From: Ginglymostoma cirratum
Lineage: Eukaryota
Assembly: GCA_024137785.1 (NCBI GenBank)
Contig: JAHRHZ010000092.1
Coordinates: 720,300-784,299 of the forward strand
Reading direction: 5' to 3'
Length of the DNA: 64,000 nucleotides
Shown: positions 12,571 to 23,104 of the stretch, one piece after another
Position numbering within the stretch: position 1 is the first letter of the stretch
Layout of the letters: each line of letters begins with the position of its first letter
The notes under the pieces: model-generated
Seen by the model: only the letters and a program-made list of their open reading frames with translations
Database searches by the model: none
Told to the model about the DNA's origin: nothing
Program-made: the position numbers and the translations under genes

Positions 12571-13644
12571 CTTACATCATATACCTGCCGTTAGAGAGTC
12601 AATAATACTTCTACTGGCGTCACGTTTGTTTTTATTTGACCTGTTTGCCCAATCAACCTATTCAGAAGTGTTATTACACACCTCCCGAGCTGGTGGAATT
12701 GAACCGGGTCTGTTGGTTCAGAAGTAAGGAGAGTATCACTGCGCTACAGGAGGGTCGACAAATGTCTTCTTTCACTTATTATTACTCCACCTGTATGGAT
12801 TCTACATCTTCTGGGCAACGATGATTTCTTGTTATTGTAGTTATTCTACCCATTGAACAAAACTACTCCATCGCCCTTTTCTTTCTGCCTGTCCTTTCTA
12901 AAAACCATATACCTCTGAATATTTGTTGTCATTTTTGATCCCTTTGTTTGCATATTTATGCCACGGGACGTGAATCTTGTCTACCTGGTTTACACACACC
13001 ACTAAGCTACGAAAATTTGCTACACAGGAGAAATTGGTATTCAGATATTAGGGATATTGACGACACAAACGTCCTCTACCATTTAGTTTTATACCTGGGG
13101 ATATTCGTACCTCGGCTTATTGAGAGGGATCACTATTGTGGCATTAGCCGTAATCTCAATACAGGTAACACCAGAGAGGAAGTATTCAATGTAGTATAAA
13201 TTGCTTTCTCTCTTCGTGAATGCTCAATTATTAGAAACAGTAGTTCGGTTTCCAGTATGACTCCATGCTGTGTGCTCGGCCTTACAATCTTAGAAGGGAA
13301 ATGTTGCGAATAGTTCTGTTACTAGGGCTGATAATCATGTTTCTCTGTAAAGAGTTTGAAAACAAATCCTTTCATTAATAAGTTACCTTTACACCTTTTT
13401 TTTTTCTCAGAACGTCCCTGTTACCGATTTCATCCACCATACTGTTATAAAGGAAGACGAAAGGATGCCTACATGTGACCGTACCGTGTCTTTTGATAAT
13501 TAAGAATGCAGATGTGTTTAGTTGCATTTTATTAGTAAATTGTGCAAATTTTGGAGGCAGTGGCAGAGTGGCAAAGTTGCTGGGCTGACAATGCAGGGGA
13601 ACATGGTTAGACGTAGGCGGAGTGAGTGCTGACAAGAGAGGAGG

Positions 13645-13875
13645 GTTTATTTGAAGACACAAGCTTTCGGAGTCTCGCTTCTTCTTCGCATCAGTTCTAT
13701 GACCCTTTGATCTTTTGATTATAAATTCTGTGTCTCATAAATTCAGTGTCTCTCTCACTGACACCTGGAGAAGGAGCGAGACTCCGAAAGCTTGCGTCAT
13801 GTTGGACTATAACCTGCTGTCGAGTGATTTTCTACCTTGTCCACTCCAGTCCAACACCGGCATTTCCACATCAAG
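13645..13875. mobile_element. Second Penelope-like repeat family, inverted fragments with a degenerate hammerhead
   Basis: tgacac-CTGGAGA-aGGAGcgagaCTCC-GAAAGCTT-gcgtca at ~13759-13799; inverted part at 13645-13690; relatives at ~36745-36802 and ~48880-48977. Confidence 0.55.
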
Positions 13876-13962
13876 GCAGAAAGGTCAAGAGAACAACCCA
13901 AACTTAAATTGCGAAAGGAAAATATTAACACTAAGGTCGACCACACAGTTCCATTCGAGGAA

Positions 13963-13985
13963 GGGCGGGCGCAGACGTCACTTCC
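13963..13985 (+). promoter_or_regulatory. V promoter: GC box + CRE-ETS composite
   Basis: GGGCGG followed by GACGTCACTTCC (13974-13985), ~100 bp before the leader ATG; conserved in the paralog at 22135-22161. Confidence 0.65.
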
Positions 13986-14086
13986 TTTCGCCCTTGTTTC
14001 CAATCATTTTAAAAGAGTGGGTTGGTATTCACACACTCCTCAATTCTGCTCTCGCCTCTTTACGGATTGAGAAGACATTATAAAAT

Positions 14087-14571
14087 ATGAAGTATCCTTT
14101 ACTATTTCTGACTATGTGTTATTGTAAGGAATATATCTCAACAATAATATCATTTAATCAACACTTCATAATTGTGTTTGTTTACATTTTCCCGCTCTTT
14201 TAAGCCGTATTTTGTTATCCATTAGTCCAAATGACTCCTCTGACCTCCACCCTTTCACCCTCTCTTTTCCAGGCGTGCAATTGCAGACTATCCGCCAGAC
14301 TCCCACCGCTGTCTCCAGATCTCCCCAGGATGAACTAGAACTGAGGTGCGCTGTGGAGGGGAGCGGTAACACCATCTACATGTATTGGTACAGGCAATAC
14401 CCAGGGAAGGAACCGGAGTTGTTATTTTATTCCCTAACCACAGAAAGAGTGAATGCAATTCAGCCGGCAGTTGGTTTCACAGCCAAGCGACCAAGTAAAT
14501 ACCTATTCATCCTGGAGTCCTCCAGCTTGTTGGCGAATCACTCGGCCATGTATTACTGCGCTTGGAGTCTT
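14087..14571 (+). CDS. TRBV: TRBV30/mouse TRBV31-like V segment, open frame; leader 14087-14123, V exon 14273-14571
   Basis: Leader MKYPLLFLTMCY + T|GTAAGG; acceptor ttttccag; QTIRQTP..LRCAVEG..MYWYRQ..LLFYS..KRP..FILESSSLLANHSAMYYCAWSL. Confidence 0.9.
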
Positions 14572-14606
14572 CACAGTGACTTAGAGGGTGCAGCTCAACA
14601 AAAACC
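14572..14606 (+). other. RSS with perfect heptamer and nonamer but a 19-bp spacer
   Basis: CACAGTG 14572-14578, spacer acttagagggtgcagctca (19), ACAAAAACC 14598-14606. Confidence 0.9.
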
Positions 14607-15031
14607 CCAAAGGCGTGTCACAGCTGTGAGAACTGAAATCAGACTGCATTTCGTCCTATTGAGGTTATTTTGCAGAGTGAAATGGTTTTGATGAGAACAC
14701 CAACCGTGTTTGAATAGAGATTCAGAGATTGCGCATTGAGTGCTGAATCCAATGGTACAGGGTATTTGCAGGCGTGCTATCTGAAGTGAGTCGTTAACAT
14801 TAACTGAGAGGCTAGGAGTCTTTGTGAAAAACAGATCGTCGGGTAACCTCTTAGATTCCTTTAAAGTTAGGGTTGAATGGGATGCACGTAGATAAAACCA
14901 TAGCAATATTTTCAGATAATGATAACGATTTTATATATGCTATAAGTTTGTTTTTTGCCAAGTGAGAAAAATACGGTGACTTTTTTATGCACTGACGCCA
15001 AGTGAAAAGCAGGGACAGACAATTGCAACAA

Positions 15032-15370
15032 TGGGCGGTCTGGATGTTCAGTGGTTACCACAGCCGCCTCACAGCGCCAGGGATCAGGGTCCCCTTTAAG
15101 CCCTGGGTGATTGTATGGAGTTTGCACGTTCTCCCTGAGTCAATGTGGGTTTCTATCGGATGCTCCGTTTTCCCCTCACAGCCCAAAGATGTACAGGTTA
15201 GGTAGATCGGCCATGCTAAACTGTCCGCAGTGCCAAGGGATGTACCCTGTTAGTCATAGTAAATGTGGCATCATGCGGATAGCTTCGCGGCTGGGTTTGG
15301 GTGGGATTCTCTTTGGAAGGTCAATGCAGACTCAATGGGCTGAATGGTCTCCGCATTGTACGGTTCCTAT
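15032..15370 (+). mobile_element. V-SINE (HE1-like), diverged
   Basis: gcctcacagcgccaggga..tggagtttgcacgttctccc core. Confidence 0.75.
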
Positions 15371-15985
15371 GAACGATGATAGCGCCTGCATAACGAAATG
15401 CAAGGGCGCATGAAAGGTAGTTTAATTAGAATAAATGGACAGAAGGACGTCAGTCGGAGGAGGAGACCATTTGTCTTCTCTAGAGCCTGACACGTAGGTA
15501 CTGGAAGAATCCTTTCCAGCCTGTGAAAATTGTTATATGGGAACAGGGGGGAACCTGTTAAGCGTGTGTGAAGTCGGTTATATAGAAACGACAGAAAGAC
15601 ATTCAGCCATTCTTAGGCGGAAACAGGAGGAGGTCCATTCTGTTTCCATTAGTTCTGAGGCTCTCCACCAGGATATCATCGATACCAGTAGAAGGAAGAA
15701 GTAGCTGTAGCTTCTGATCAAAGACATTCCATACTGATTGAAGTGCCAGGGCGTTGGGATATAAACGCGGGTGGCTGTCGAATCAGCACGGCCGTCACGT
15801 CTGTAGAACACGGAATGTAAAGATATGACGCAATTCAAAGGGCACACAACAGCAGAAAGCAATATGATGGGCAATGATACTGCAATAGAAAAAGGATAAA
15901 TGATAATTTATCATTTATTTTATAAATGATATATTTTATATATGATATATTTTATAAATGATATATTTTATAAATTTATAATTTA

Positions 15986-16087
15986 TCAGGTCCTGTTTCT
16001 CTTTATCTGAGAATTTATCTGATAAATGATAAATGATAATTTATCATTTATCAGATAAATTCTCAGATAAAGAGAAACAGGACCTGA
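15986..16087. repeat. Perfect palindrome: 49-bp arms, 4-nt loop; preceded by a 16-bp AT-rich tandem repeat (~15921-15975)
   Basis: 15986-16034 is the exact reverse complement of 16039-16087. Confidence 0.95.
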
Positions 16088-16159
16088 GAAAGACAAGGAA
16101 AACGAAAGAGAATGAGGCATGGAGGAGACAAAACCAGAGAACATGAAAAGCGAAAGAGG

Positions 16160-18496
16160 AACATAGAACAGAACAGTACGGTACAGTCCCTTCGGCCCAC
16201 GATGTTATTCCGACCTATTTTCCTACTAAGATCAAACTACTCTGCATACCCTAATTTATACTATCATTCATGTGCCTATCCAACAATCGCTTAAATGTCT
16301 CTAATGTAGCTGACTCCAATACCACTGCAGGCAGCACATTCCATGCGCCCATCACTCTCTGTGTAAAGAACCTACCTCTGAAATCTACCCTATAGCTTCG
16401 TCCAATCACCTTAAAATTATGACTCCTCGTAATAGTCATTTCCGCCCTGGGAAAAAGTCTCTGGGTATCCATTCTATCTATGCCTCTCATCATCTTGTAC
16501 ACTTCTATCATCCTTTGCTCCAATGAAAAAAGCCCTAGCTCCCTCAACCTTTCCTCATAAGACCCGCCCTCCAGCCCAGGCAGCACCCAGGTAAATTTCC
16601 TCTGCATCGTCTCTAAAGCTTCCACATCCTTCTTATAATGAGGCGACCAGAGCTGAACACAATATTCCAAATGTGGTCTAACCATGGTTTTATAGAACTG
16701 CAGCATAACCTCGCGGCTCTTAAATTCAATTCTCCTGACTATGAAAGCCAACACACCATACGCCTTCTTTCCAACCCTGTCAACTTGGGTAGCAGATTTG
16801 AGGGATCTATGGACATGGACCACAAGATCCCTCTGTTCCTCCACACTGCCGCGAATCCTGCCATTAACGCTGTATTCTGCATTCAATTTCGACCTTCCAA
16901 AATTAACCATTTCACACTTTTCTGGGTTGAATTCCATCTGCCACTTCTTTGCCCAGATCCAAAGCCTGCGTATGTCAACCCACAACAGCCCTCCACGCTA
17001 TCCACAACTCCATCAACCTTCGAATCATCAGCAAACTTACTAACCCACACTTCCACTTCCTCATCCAAGTCATTTGTAAAGATCACAAAGAGCAGAGGTC
17101 CCAGAACCGATCCCTGCGGAACACCACTGTTCACTGAGCTCCAGGCTGAATACTTTCTGTCTACCACCACGCTCTGTCTTCTAATGGATAGCCAGTTTTG
17201 TATCCAGACAGCCAAATTTCCCTGAATCCCATGCCTGCTTACTTTCTGAATGAGCCTACCATGGGGAACTTTACCAAATGCCTTGCTAAAAACCATATAC
17301 ACCACACCCATTGCTCTGCCCTCACCAATATGTTTTGTCACATCCTCAAATAATTCAATAAGGCTTGTGAGGCATGACCTGCCCCACACTATTTCTAATC
17401 AAACTGTGCTTTTCCAGATAATCATAAATACTATCTCTCAGAATTCTCTCCAATAATTTGCTCACCACAGAAGTAAGACTGACTGCTGTGTAATTCCCAG
17501 GATTATCCCTATTCCCTTTCTTGAACAAGCGAATGACATTTGCCAACCTCCAATCATCTGGTACGACTCCAGTGGACAGTGAGGTTGCAAAGATCATCGC
17601 CAAAGGGGCAGCAATCTCTTCCTTTGCTTCCCCTAGTAACCTTGGGTATATCCTGTCTGGCCCAGGGACTTATCTATCGTCATGTTTTTCAAAATTTCTA
17701 ACATATCCTCCTTCCGAACATTAACATTTTTGAGCATATCTGCCTGTTTCATGCTGTCCTCACAAACGTCAACGTCCCTCTCACTGGTGAATACTGAAGC
17801 AAAGTATTCATTAATGACCTCCCTTACTTCTTCTGACTCCGTGCACAAGTTCCCTCTACTATCCCTGATTGGCCCTACCTTCACTCTGGTCATCCTCCTG
17901 TTCCTCAGATAAGCATAGAATGCCTTGGGGTTTTCCTTGATCCGACCTGCCAAGGCTTTTTCATACCCCCTTCTAGCTCTCCTAAGTCCATTCTTCAGTT
18001 TCTTCCTGGCTACCTTGTAGCCCTCTAGATCCCTGTCTGATCCTTGATTCCTCAACCTTAAGTAAGCTTCCTTCTTCCTCTTGACTAGATGTTCCATATG
18101 TCTTGTTATCCAAGGTTCCTTCACCTTACCATCCCTTCCTTGCCTCAGTGTGACAAACCTATCCAGTACTTGTAGCAACTGCTTCCTGAATAGCCTCCAC
18201 ATTTCTGCCGTGCATTTCCCTGAGAACATCTGTTCCCAATTTATGCTCCGCAGTTCTTGCTTAATAGCATTGTAATTCCCCCTCCCCCAATTAAATACTT
18301 TCCCATGCCGTCTGCTCCTATCCCTGTCCATGGCTATAGCAAAGGTCAGGGAGTTGTGATCACTATCACCGAAAGGCTCTCCCACCGAGAGATCTGACAC
18401 CTGGCCTGGTTCGTTGCCAAGCACCAAATCCAATATGGCCTCCCCTATAGTGGGCGGATCTGCATATAGAATCGGAAATCCTTCCTTGACACACAC
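16160..18496 (-). mobile_element. CR1 LINE, 5'-truncated, frameshifted ORF2
   Basis: ORFs 17633-18496, 17355-17603, 16883-17389 (GVPQGSVLGP, KFADD), 16251-16985; 3' tail. Confidence 0.92.
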
Positions 18497-20139
18497 AAGA
18501 TTACAGACAAGAGCAGAGATTCATAAACAAAAGCAAAATACTGCCGATGCTGGAGAACTGAAATAAAAGCAAGAAATTCTGAAGGAACTTAGCACTCATG
18601 GCATTATCCTGAGGAGAGAAACAGAGCTAATATTTCGAATCTAGCAATTCTTTTTTGGGACCCATTCACATAGCTGGAGCTAAACCAAACCACAAGAAGG
18701 ATTAAGGAGTGAATGAAAGCGAGAGGAATTGAAGTGATGAAGAAGAGTGACCGACAGAAACGGTGACAGACAGAATTTACACTTTTAGACGGCACAAAGG
18801 AGCCCAGATAGGCGGTTTAAACCCAAAAAGAAAAGACACAGCACAATTACAAATGGCTGATACATCAGAGTTCAGCTCCGCTTACCAGGTAATGCCAGCA
18901 ATACAATAGAGTTGAGACACAAACATCTTTGAAGGGTCCCGTTGTTTTATTGCATGAAATAACCGAAGTATTTCACTGTAGAATGTCTCACATTCAAGAC
19001 ACAGAGAGAAATTTATATATCCTCATTCCAATACTGCAACCTATGTCTGAAACGGGACACTTTCCTTATTGTTCATTGGTTCTTACACGAAGTTAGAGTC
19101 TGGATATTAACTTCGCGTTCTTTGATAATAGACTCTGTTAGTCTAAGCCTGCAACAGTGACACAGTTATGCTGACGCGTTCAATGTCTCAATGGTGAATT
19201 GTTCGTTTTAGTCTGAATGTAACCAATGAATTATGCCGTTTGCGCTGCATCATTCTTTGCTTTTGTTGTGGGCGGCCAGTGCTCCGTCAGAATGTAACAC
19301 GGTTGGCTTGCTTCTGGTCGAGCAATCGTAAAGAACACTGGACTAATGATCTCGAGATATACATTTAATACACACCTTGGCAGCAAATTGAATAAAATCT
19401 GCAATAAAAAAGGTATCATTAGCAAAGTGTTCATGAAACTACTGGATTGTCGACAATAAATACGGATCTGGTTCACTAATGTCCAATAGGAAAGTAGACC
19501 TACCTACCATAATCTGACGTCTATGTGATTCCGGGTACAATCCAATGCTTTAATTAATTGCTGTCTAAAATGGCGAAACCGAAAGAACATGAATAATAGG
19601 CACTCGTTACAGAATAGCTCATCCACGGATCTGACTACGGGGATTTGGGGACTATTGTGGGGACTTTAGTGAGCATGAGGGCAGCACGATAGCGCAGTGG
19701 GTTAGCGCTGCTACCTCACAGGACTCGAGACTATGGTTCAACTTCAGCCTTGGGCGACTGCCTGGATGGGTTAGAATTAAAATGACATCTTCGCTATAGA
19801 CAGTAGGAAAACATCGCAAGTTTATCTTCCTTTCTATCCTCATGCTTTAAACAAAATGCGGTACCAACCTAATAGATTGCAAGCATCAGAAAATCCGATC
19901 ATTTAAAAGTCTAAGGTTTATCCATGGACACCCTGCCTACGGGGGCAGCACTGGACCGGCCAGGACCATTAAACGCAGAACTGCTTGGAATATGCATTGC
20001 CACACACGTGCAGCAGACGTCCATAGCCTCGTTCAGCCAATTACAAAGCAACAAGGGTGAAGCGATTCATTCCCCTTGACAACGTTACCTGAAAACAGGC
20101 AGAAATCGTTCTGAAAAGTAAAACCTGTTATTATGAACA

Positions 20140-20713
20140 GAGATAGTAGGAACTATAGATGCTGGAGAATCTAAGATAACAAGGTGTNNNNNNNNNNNNN
20201 NNNNNNNNNNNNNNNNNNNNNNNNNNNNNNNNNNNNNNNNNNNNNNNNNNNNNNNNNNNNNNNNNNNNNNNNNNNNNNNNNNNNNNNNNNNNNNNNNNNN
20301 NNNNNNNNNNNNNNNNNNNNNNNNNNNNNNNNNNNNNNNNNNNNNNNNNNNNNNNNNNNNNNNNNNNNNNNNNNNNNNNNNNNNNNNNNNNNNNNNNNNN
20401 NNNNNNNNNNNNNNNNNNNNNNNNNNNNNNNNNNNNNNNNNNNNNNNNNNNNNNNNNNNNNNNNNNNNNNNNNNNNNNNNNNNNNNNNNNNNNNNNNNNN
20501 NNNNNNNNNNNNNNNNNNNNNNNNNNNNNNNNNNNNNNNNNNNNNNNNNNNNNNNNNNNNNNNNNNNNNNNNNNNNNNNNNNNNNNNGAGCAGGAAAGCT
20601 GACGTTTCGGTCCTAGACCCTTCTTCAGAAATGGTCTAGGCCCGAATCGTCAGCTTTCCTGCTCCTATGATGCTGCTTGGCCTGCTGTGTTCATCCAGCT
20701 CCACACCTTGTTA
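20140..20713. mobile_element. Fold-back Penelope-like insertion containing the 400-N assembly gap (20188-20587)
   Basis: Family sequence on both sides of the gap; direct repeat tattatgaacaga at 20129-20141 and 20714-20726. Confidence 0.75.
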
Positions 20714-22134
20714 TATTATGAACAGATTGGGTCTACTGTGCATTTCAAGGCTACTACCGACAGCATGAGAGCATTCAACCACTCAAGACTGCTACTTTGG
20801 AACAGAAGGAAGCTGTCAAGTTTGGCAAGGTATATTTTACGTACCTTTTGATGATTAAGAATAGATGTGGTTAGTTGATTTTTTTTCAAGCAAATTGTGA
20901 AATTTTGAGAGGTGGTGGCATCGTGGTAATGTTACTGGACTAGTTCAAAAGGCCCAGACTAATGTTCTTCGGTTTGGGTTCGAATTCTATGGCAGGTGGC
21001 GCCATTTAAATTCAATTAAATTTAGAATTAAAAATTACGGTAGTTGTGACCAAGTAACCACTATGGATTGATGTAAAAGAAAACATCTGGTTTACCAATT
21101 CTCTTTAGGTAAGGAAATTTGATATCTTTACCTGATCATAGAAGAGAATAGACCACCTCCAATGTGGAAGCAGGCCATTCGGCCCTTGGAGACCACACCG
21201 ATCCTCTGAAGAGAATCCCACCCAGACCCAGCCCTTATCCTATCTCCCTAACTCCATATTTTCCTATCTGCTTTGACTTACATGTGACTCCACACCTCCA
21301 ACAATGTGATTGACTCTAAAGTGCTCTCTGAAATTCCAGTTCAAACACAGCCAGCAAAGGGCAAAAAATGCCCGTACTAACGGGTAACACTCAAGACCAT
21401 GCAAGAGTAAATTCAATATCAGTTATGTTTCCCCACATGTTGAATGGAGAAAAGGGCGTATCCGAGTTGTCCTTAGTCCCTTTTGATCTTTAAATATTCT
21501 GCTTCATTTGTAAAGAGTGGTTAACCTCCACACAAGACTCAATGCTCCTGTTCTCGCCCTTTCCCTGATTAAAAGGAAACTTCAAGCAAAAGACACATCT
21601 TTTACGTGGTCTAACTAATCCTTCATCATAAGGACTTTTTCTTCCAAACAATAATTCCTCTTAATACACATTTTCCTATTCCAAAATCTGACTTGATGGT
21701 CCATTCAAGCCAGTACGTGATTACCGTTCAGAATAGTTCCCTTTAAATGTGAGAGAATGAGCGTTATCGAGAGAATGCGCCGTATAGGGACGAGAGATTT
21801 GGAGCAGTAATGTCCTTTGCCTATCAGAAAGAGTGGGACAGAAAAAATAAAACATTCTGGGACAGAACCAAATGATGAACTATAGGATGTAACGTGGAGA
21901 CGGGTGGAGAAAAAAAGAATCAGCCTTAGACAGATAGAGATAGATGGAGAAAGTCTGCCAGGGACTCACATGTGGCATGCACACATACGTACAGAATCAC
22001 AGAGACAGGCAGCGTGGTAGATGTATGCCAGGTATATGCGGAATCAGTTGTGGCAGAGAGTGAGGGAGAAACAACGAGAGAGCAACTCATAGTGGAATTG
22101 TACTTCGAGCCTTCGAATGGCTCGCCGAGAGAAA

Positions 22135-22161
22135 GGGCGGACTCAGTCCTGCGTCACTTCC
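22135..22161 (+). promoter_or_regulatory. V promoter: GC box + CRE-ETS composite
   Basis: GGGCGG..TGCGTCACTTCC ~105 bp upstream of ATG 22267. Confidence 0.65.
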
Positions 22162-22266
22162 TTCATGTACTTGCCAATATTTTGAGGAGAGTTTGGTTAC
22201 TCACACATTCAGAAATCCTGCTGTTGCCTCTTTACGGATTGAGAAAACAGCTCAATATATATTATA

Positions 22267-22734
22267 ATGTTACTTTTATTAATTCTGATCATGTGTCATT
22301 GTACGGAATATATTTCAAAAATAATATTTCCTAATCGATATTTCGTAACTTTTTTTCTGACTTTTTTCAATGCAAGAATACTTTCTCCATTGCTCCCATT
22401 TTTCTGATCTCAACCTTTCACCCTCTCTTTACCAGACGTGAAATTGCAGACTGTCCGCCAGATTCCCACCGCTGTCTCCAAACTTCCTCAGGATAAATTG
22501 GAATTGGAGTGCGCTGTGGAGGGGAGCACCTATATCATCAACATGTACTGGTACAGGCAATACCCGGGGAAGGAACTGCAGTTGATATTTTATTCCATAG
22601 CCACAGAAAACGTGATTCCCGAACAGCCGGCAGTCGGTTTCACAGCCAAGCGACCAAACGAATACTTATTCATCCTGGAGTCCTCCAGCTTGCTGGGCAA
22701 TCACTCGGCCGTGTATTACTGCACTTGGAGTCTT
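22267..22734 (+). CDS. TRBV: TRBV30-like V segment, apparently functional; leader 22267-22300, V exon 22436-22734
   Basis: Leader MLLLLILIMCH + T|GTACGG; acceptor tttaccag; QTVRQIP..LECAVEG..MYWYRQ..LQLIFYS..NHSAVYYCTWSL. Confidence 0.9.
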
Positions 22735-22773
22735 CACAGTGACTCAGAAAGAGGGAGCAGCTCAACAAAAACC
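22735..22773 (+). other. Consensus 23-RSS
   Basis: CACAGTG 22735-22741, 23-bp spacer, ACAAAAACC 22765-22773. Confidence 0.95.
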
Positions 22774-23104
22774 CGAAAGGCAGCACGAAACACCTGTGAG
22801 AACTGATTCAGCCTGCGCTTCGTCCTTCTAAGGGTTAGTTTGCAGAGTGAAATGGTTTTGCCGAGAACATCAAACGGGTTTGAATAGAGATTGCGTATAT
22901 TTTATACATTTCCAACCGTGCCACGAGGAGTGAGTTGTCAAATCTAGTTGGGAGGCTATGAGTCTTCGAAAAGCAAAAACAAGGACGTCGGGTGACCTCT
23001 TAGTTTCCTTTAAAGTAAAGGTTAGATGGAGTACATTTAGATAAACCCATAATAAGATTTTAATGTTGTTTTTAAAGGAAAGAACAACTTAATGATTGAT
23101 GTGA

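Larger units (their letters stand above)
15652..18926 (-). pseudogene. TRBV: Truncated V pseudogene: exon fragment 15800-15652, probable frameshifted leader 18926-18886
   Basis: ctacag acceptor; DVTAVLIRQPPAFISQRPGTSISMECL*SEATATSSFYWYR*YPGGEPQN then homology ends; upstream LCLNSIVLLALP-G|GTAAG out of frame with its ATG; leader assignment less certain. Confidence 0.75.

Noticed and set aside
19225-19300. Hydrophobic ATG-initiated stretch as leader for the 22.4 kb V
   Set aside because: Poor donor; a better leader with paralog support lies at 22267-22300
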